64,000 bases of DNA from the NCBI GenBank assembly GCA_964016885.1, contig OZ024740.1:200818001-200882000 (forward strand). The letters are read 5' to 3'. Below, one piece after another: positions 56,391 to 64,000 of the stretch; the stretch's first letter is position 1; each line of letters opens with the position of its first letter. The notes below the pieces were generated by a model. It had not been told where the DNA came from. It saw nothing but the letters and a program-made list of their open reading frames with translations, and did no database searches. A program made the position numbers and the translations under genes. The DNA comes from Eledone cirrhosa. Taxonomy: Eukaryota.

Positions 56391-56961
56391 TCTATTCTAT
56401 TGACTGCCGAATAGCTTTGTTATATTTAACCACTCTGTCGAGAGCTTCATTCGATTTGTGATATTTTGCATTTTCGCAATATTATACACAGATGAATTCA
56501 TTCGCCTAATTTAGGTGTTGCCTCCCTTGCTGAACCCCACGTGGGGTCAGTTACAGACACATCTATGTGGTCTTTCGAACTGAATCCCGTTGATAACGCG
56601 TACTCCTAGTTCAGTTAGGATACGAGAAACTTAACATCCTTTATGTAAGTGGACAGTAAATGACTTATGGAGCCGCAGAAACCCCAACACTGGACTTTAC
56701 CATCATCCCAGGGGTCCGGGTGAGTATCAAACATTTATGCTTTCATATATTTTTATATCTGTATATCTGTTTGACCCGAAATAGGAGATCGAATCTTCGC
56801 TATGTGGATAATTAGTTTAACCACCATCTCAGTGTGTTTGGCCTTTAACGTAAGTTGTAAGCTCTAATTCATTTTAATTATAGAGCGCTTGCCTCACAGT
56901 TCGAAAGTGTTTTCTCGTTATTTCATGGGCTGAAATTCGATTCTCGTTAATTTTTACTCAT

Positions 56962-57045
<84 letters not shown>

Positions 57046-58224
57046 ATATATATATATGTGGGGGGGGGGGGGGGGGTATAAAATAATTCCGTCGGAAAAG
57101 TCCAGGAAAAGAGGAAAAAAGAGTGCTCTATGTAGGTAACAGAGCTTAATACTTATGTAATAAACAACATAAGGCAATTATTCCATTTACCAATGGTTTC
57201 TTAAAAGCAAAAAATGTTGCTTTCAATCGTCAGAATGAAAAATTCCTGGTGTATTTATTGATATTGGATTCTAAAAACAAAAATGCAATCTATATGAAAG
57301 TGAGGCTGGAGAAGGAAGAAGGAAAGGAAAAATAAAATAAAAACACACATACAAACACACACACGCACACACACACACATCATTATATACATACACACAT
57401 ATATATATATATATATACACACATACATACATACACACATATACACATATATATATGTATATATATATACATACACATACATATACACATACATACACAC
57501 ATAAATATCAACATATCAATACATACACATACATATATACAACCACACACATATATATACATATATATATATATAGAAATAGAAATATATATATATATAT
57601 GCATACAGATATACATACATAGCCATACACACATACAAATACATAGATACATACATACACACAATCGTACGTATATACACACACATACATACATAGCCAT
57701 ACAATTATACACATACAAATACGTACATATCACAAACACGGACAACCAAATACAAACACACACATATATATATATGTGTGTATAAAACTCATTCTTAGAT
57801 AATTCATATGAACCTTATTTAACTCTAAAATATACATATATATATATATATATATATACACATACACATACATACACATACATACATACTAACATACACA
57901 TATATACCTACACACACATATATACATACACATACATATTTATACGTACACACACACACACACATATACATATATAACTCAATATATATATATATATATA
58001 TATATAAGAAAGAACATAAATATTATAAAATAAATATTGTATATATAAAAAAAATTTTGGGAATACGACAAATAATAAGTAAAAAAATATATATTTAGAA
58101 AAGGGTATAAATGCCCATAGCAGACCTAGAGCACTCAACAAGTTCCTGGAGCAAAAGATCAATGAAAATAATCATCAAATCACTATATGTAATGATGCAC
58201 ATACATACACCCTTATACATATAT

Positions 58225-58293
<69 letters not shown>

Positions 58294-58562
58294 AATATAT
58301 ATATACAAACACACACACACAAAAATGTGTGTGTGTCTGTGTATGTATATATGTATACGGGTGTATGTATGTGCATCAATACATATAGTGATTTGATGAT
58401 TATTTTCATTGATCTTTTGCTCGAGGAACTTGTTGAGTGCTCTAGGTCTGCTATGGACATTTATACCCTTTTCTAAATATATTTTTTTTTATTTATTATT
58501 TGTCGTATTCCCAAAAATTTTTTTAGATATACAATATTTATTTTATAATATTTATGTTCTTT

Positions 58563-58570
<8 letters not shown>
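55830..58570 (+). repeat. ~2.75-kb segment duplicated directly at ~61200-63960
   Basis: Near-identical sequence; the spurious ORFs 55981..56205 and 61351..61575 have identical translations. Confidence 0.95.
57181..57240 (-). ncRNA. Type I hammerhead ribozyme
   Basis: tttcatt-CTGACGA-ttgaaagcaa...ttgcttttaa-GAAA-ccattgg-TA-aatggaa. Confidence 0.85.
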
Positions 58571-58597
<27 letters not shown>

Positions 58598-58725
58598 AGT
58601 TATATATGTATATGTGTGTGTGTGTGTGTACGTATGAATATGTATGTGTATGTATATATGTGTGTAGATATATATGTGTACGTTAGTATGTATGTATGTG
58701 TATGTATGTGTATGCGTATATATAT
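57850..58725. repeat. ~870-bp palindrome centred near 58320; second copy at ~63245-64000
   Basis: Mirror-image ORFs 58095..58460(-) and 58111..58476(+) have near-identical translations. Confidence 0.92.
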
Positions 58726-58734
58726 ATATATATA

Positions 58735-59304
58735 TAAGTTGAAAAAAATGAAAACGAAATTTCATTTCTCACTCTTAGTATGGCACTTACTTAAATGTAA
58801 GTATGTATGTATACGTACATACATATATGTATACAGACGTACAGTAGCATGCATATATACATATATATTTATATATATATATATATATACACACATATGC
58901 ATACAGGTACACATACATATATGCACGCATCAGTTTAGTCGACGTTTATTATAACGCCGGCCGCTTTGTTCGTTTGTTTGTCAACAAAGCGAACAGCCTG
59001 AATTTATGCCATACGGTGTTAAGGCAACCACGTCACCTTTTTGTTCAACACTGACACAGGAACGATGGACTAGTTTCAAGCTTGTTAGCTATCATCAGCA
59101 CCGTTTACCCATCTGCCAGATAGTTGAACGTTCGAAAGTATATACTTTCCTTATGAAAATTAACGGCTGAGCAGCCTAATTTGCATATTGAGTGAGTTAA
59201 ATCGGTTAATTCGCTTTGTTGACAAACAAACGAACAAAGCGGCCGGCGTTATAATAAACGTCGACTAAACTGATGCGTGCATATATATATGTGTACCTGT
59301 ATGC

Positions 59305-59351
<47 letters not shown>

Positions 59352-59420
59352 TATATGTATATATGCATGCTACTGTACGTCTGTATACATATATGTATAT
59401 ACGTATACATACATACTTAC

Positions 59421-59425
<5 letters not shown>
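58735..59425. mobile_element. Family C hammerhead element with fold-back arms (~58792-58993 and ~59210-59425)
   Basis: gcatcagtttagtcgacgtttattataacgccggccgctttgttcgtttgtttgtcaacaaagcgaa and its reverse complement. Confidence 0.88.
59062..59104 (-). ncRNA. Minimal type I hammerhead ribozyme
   Basis: acggtg-CTGATGA-t-agct-aaca-agct-t-GAAA-ctag-TC-catcgt. Confidence 0.88.
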
Positions 59426-59470
<45 letters not shown>

Positions 59471-59618
59471 TTTAGAGGTAAATAAGGTTCATATGAATTT
59501 ATCTAAGAATGAGTTTTACATACATATATATATATATATATATGTGTGTGTTTGTATTTGGTTGTGCATGTTTGTGATATGTACGTATTTGTATGTGTAT
59601 AATGGTATTGCTATGTAT

Positions 59619-59666
<48 letters not shown>

Positions 59667-59689
59667 GTATGTATATGTGTGTGTATATA

Positions 59690-59720
<31 letters not shown>

Positions 59721-60465
59721 ATTTGTGTATGCGTATGTATGTGTTTATGTATTTGTATATGTATATTTATGTGTGAGAGTGTGTGTATGTATTTATTTTT
59801 ACGTACGTATGTGTACGTGCATTTGTGTGTATTGCTTACCACGCGTGTTTGTTCATTTATTTGTTGCCTGTATCGCTGTCAACTTTATAATAGTCTTTAT
59901 TTTCTTTTTTATGTCTTTTATTATTATATATATATTTTGTTATATTTATTTGCGTGTGTGAATATGTAGAGGTGTGTGTATATATTTTTCTATTTTTGTG
60001 CATGTATATGTATGCATGTATATATGTGTGTATGTATGTGTATGTATGTACGTGTGTATATACGTACGATTGTGTGTATGTATGTATATGTATGTGTGTA
60101 TGGCTATGTATGTGTATGTGTATGCATATATATATATATTTATATTTCTATATATATATGTATATATATGTGTGTGGTTGTATATATGTATGTGTATGTA
60201 TAGATATGTTAATATTTATGTGTGTATGTATGTATGTGTATATGTATGTGTATGTATATATATACACATATATATATGTGTATATGTGTGTGTGTATGTA
60301 TGTGTGTATGTATATATATATGTGTGTGTATGTATATAATTGCGAGTGTGTTTGCATGTGTGTTTTTATTTTATTTTTCCTTTCCTTCTTCCTTCTCCAG
60401 CCTCACTTTCATATAGATTGCATTTTTGTTTTTAGAATCCAATATCAATAAATACACCAGGATTT

Positions 60466-60526
60466 TTTCATTCTGATGATTGAAAGTGAACATTTTTTGC
60501 TTTTAAGAAACCACTGGTAAATGGAA
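60466..60526 (+). ncRNA. Type I hammerhead ribozyme
   Basis: tttcatt-CTGATGA-ttgaaagt...gcttttaa-GAAA-ccactgg-TA-aatggaa. Confidence 0.85.
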
Positions 60527-60918
60527 TAATTGTCTTATGTTGTTTATTGCATAACTATATATATATATATATATTAATATGTATTGTTTTATGTGAAACC
60601 TTTGCCATACTGTAATATATATGCCTAGTACCATTGCTTGTTTTTTGCCTGGTTATTCTGTATATGCATAATTCCTCTGCACTCTTTCTATACGTTTGCC
60701 TATGTACTGCTAATGTCCTCATTTTATGAGTACCTTTCTTCTTTAATTCCTCTATAATTGTTGTATTATTCTTTTATAATCTTTGTCGCATCCACTGATA
60801 CTGACTACATCATCTTCACTCTTTAAATATTACACTGTTAATAACAACAGTAATATCTACGATTCTTTACAATCATTCTGTGGAATAGGAGGTTAATTAT
60901 ATGTCTAAACTTTGCCAG

Positions 60919-60965
60919 TGCTCCGATGAAACCAAACGAAAGTTTGGAAGAAACGATTGTCAGCA
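60919..60965 (+). ncRNA. Hammerhead-like motif with variant core (CCGATGA)
   Basis: tgct-CCGATGA-aa-ccaaac-gaaa-gtttgg-aa-GAAA-cgattg-TC-agca, followed by AATAAA. Confidence 0.65.
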
Positions 60966-61184
60966 ATAAAATGTTTTGAACATAGTTTTGATTATTCTGT
61001 TATTTATATTCCGGCTCTGTAAAACATCTGATGTGTTTACATTGAGCTATTTTTGTTACTGGTAATAAAGTGATGATGAATTACTGACCTTTCCTATTTA
61101 TAATTATATATAATGTATATATAAGTATAAATAATATTATTATTATTATATGAATATGTATGTATACCTTCACAACAGACACCT

Positions 61185-61223
<39 letters not shown>

Positions 61224-61707
61224 CTCTATTTTCATTTATATATATATATATATATATGCTAACGGTATATGAATTTAAGAATGCTCAGCCACTTACACAA
61301 AATTGATTCCATGATCAAGCTGTTCCGTTGATTGAACAATCAAGTTATTAATGATTGTAACCTATGGAGGTATATTCCATACCCTAATTACTCTCATCTG
61401 TATACATCATACTCTATCTTCATTCTCATTCCTTCTTATATATCCTCTATTTTTTCTAATCCTATTCGTTTCTTTCTATTGGGTGGGAGCAGGCTTCATT
61501 TTTCCTTTTAATTTCTTTCATATTTTCAATTTTTTATACTTTTTTTTACATATTGTTTTCTTTACATCTATATGAAATATGTCGGTATTATGTGTTATGT
61601 TTTATTATTTCTATTTTCTTTATTATTATGCAGGTGGCAATTCCTTATAGATGTCACATAAGTTAAATGGCTTTTTGTTACCGTATTACACACACACACA
61701 CACACAC

Positions 61708-61809
<102 letters not shown>

Positions 61810-62385
61810 TCTATTCTATTGACTGCCGAATAGCTTTGTTATATTTAACCACTCTGTCGAGAGCTTCATTCGATTTGTGATATTTTGCATTTTCGCAATA
61901 TTATACACAGATGAATTCATTCGCCTAATTTAGGTGTTGCCTCCCTTGCTGAACCCCACGTGGGGTCAGTTACAGACACATCTATGTGGTCTTTCGAACT
62001 GAATCCCGTTGACAACGCGTACTCCTAGTTCAGTCAGGATACAAGAAACTTAACATCCTTTATGTAAGTGGACAGTAAATGACTTATGGAGCCGCAGAAA
62101 CCCCAACACTGGACTTCACCATCATCCCAGGGGTCCGGGTGAGTATAAAACATTTATGCTTTCATATATTTTTATATCTGTATATCTGTTTGACCCGAAA
62201 TAGGAGATCGAATCTTCGCTATGTGGATGATTAGTTTAACCACCATCTCATTGTGTTTGGCCTTTAACGTAAGTTGTAAGCTCTAATTCATTTGAATTAT
62301 CTAGCGCTTGCCTCACAACTCGAAAGTGTTTTTTTCGTTATTTCATGGGCTGAAATTCGATTCTCGTTAATTTTTGCTTATATAT

Positions 62386-62442
<57 letters not shown>

Positions 62443-62557
62443 GGGGGGGGGTGTATAAAGTAATTCCGTCGGAAAAGTCCAGGAAAAAAGGAAAAAAGAG
62501 TGCTCTATGTAGGTAACAGAGCTTAATACTTATGTAATAAACAACATAAGGCAATTA

Positions 62558-62617
62558 TTCCATTTACCAGTGGTTTCTTAAAAGCAAAAAATGTTGCTTT
62601 CAATCGTCAGAATGAAA
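62558..62617 (-). ncRNA. Type I hammerhead ribozyme (duplicated copy)
   Basis: Copy of 57181-57240. Confidence 0.85.
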
Positions 62618-62728
62618 AATTCCTAGTGTATTTATTGATATTGGATTCTAAAAACAAAAATGCAATCTATATGAAAGTGAGGCTGGAGAAGGAAGAATGA
62701 AAGGAAAAATAAAATAAAAACACACATA

Positions 62729-62768
<40 letters not shown>

Positions 62769-63607
62769 ATTATATACATACACACATATATATATATATA
62801 TACACACATACATACACACACACATATACACATATATATATGTATATATATATACATACACATACATATACACATACATACATACACACATAAATATCAA
62901 CATATCAATACATACACATACATATATACAACCACACACATATATATACATATATATATATATAGAAATATAAATATATATATATATATATGCATACAGA
63001 TATACATACATAGCCATACACACATACAAATACATAGATACATACATACACACAATCGTACGTATATACACACACATACATAGCCATACAATTATACACA
63101 TACAAATACGTACATATCACAAACACGCACAACCAAATACAAACACACACATATATATATATGTGTGTATAAAACTCATTCTTAGATAATTCATATGAAC
63201 CTTATTTAACTCTAAAATATACATATATATATATATATATATATACACATACACATACATACACATACATACATACTAACATACACATATATACCTACAC
63301 ACACATATATACATACACATACATATTCATACGTACGCACACACACACACATATACATATATAACTCAATATATATATATATATATAAGAAAGAACATAA
63401 ATATTATAAAATAAATATTGTATATATAAAAAAAAATTTGGGAATACGTCAAATAATAAATAAAAAAATATATATTTAGAAAAGGGTATAAATGCCCATA
63501 GCAGACCTAGAGCACTCAACAAGTTCCTGGAGCAAAAGATCAATGAAAATAATCATCAAATCACTATATGTAATGATGCACATACATACACCCTTATACA
63601 TATACAC

Positions 63608-63680
<73 letters not shown>

Positions 63681-63714
63681 AATATATATATACATACACA
63701 CACACACACAAAAA

Positions 63715-63748
<34 letters not shown>

Positions 63749-63955
63749 TAAGGGTGTATGTATGTGCATCAATACATATAGTGATTTGATGATTATTTTC
63801 ATTGATCTTTTGCTCGAGGAACTTGTTGAGTGCTCTAGGTCTGCTATGGGCATTTATACCCTTTTCTAAATATATTTTTTTTTATTTATTATATGTCGTA
63901 TTACGAAAAATTTTTTTAGATATACAATATTTATTTTATAATATTTATGTTCTTT

Positions 63956-64000
<45 letters not shown>

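Larger units (their letters stand above)
57080..60555. mobile_element. Fold-back hammerhead element (arms ~57150-57840 and ~59460-60555, tail 57080-57150) enclosing two further palindromes
   Basis: Inverted arms, each with a hammerhead near the outer end. Confidence 0.85.

Noticed and set aside
58095-58476. Pair of near-identical antiparallel ORFs
   Set aside because: They arise from the palindrome and a microsatellite; there is no coding signature and no hammerhead was found in this palindrome.

Overview
This is an AT-rich, microsatellite-saturated animal (eukaryotic) window with no host gene I can support. The repeat types suggest an octopus or other cephalopod genome, which is inference only. 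It is almost entirely mobile DNA: a decayed L1/Tx1 LINE (1-4590), a CR1-type LINE with an intact 696-aa RT ORF, an RTE fragment, a gypsy-type solo LTR, Tc1/mariner relics, many tRNA-derived SINEs, and at least seven Penelope-like element (PLE) copies resembling the Naiad, Neptune and Penelope/Poseidon clades. About 15 type I hammerhead ribozyme motifs can be folded by eye. The most striking pattern is a recurring fold-back architecture: a PLE 3' end plus an inverted copy of itself, with a copy-specific turnaround point and a one-sided ~50-100 bp tail, inserted in (TA)n. It occurs at sizes from ~0.1 to ~3.5 kb and in several unrelated families, one of which has no recognisable hammerhead. A second notable signal is an unidentified ~450-bp element (three copies) whose stems show compensatory base changes. 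All alignments and folds were done by eye, so boundaries are approximate.
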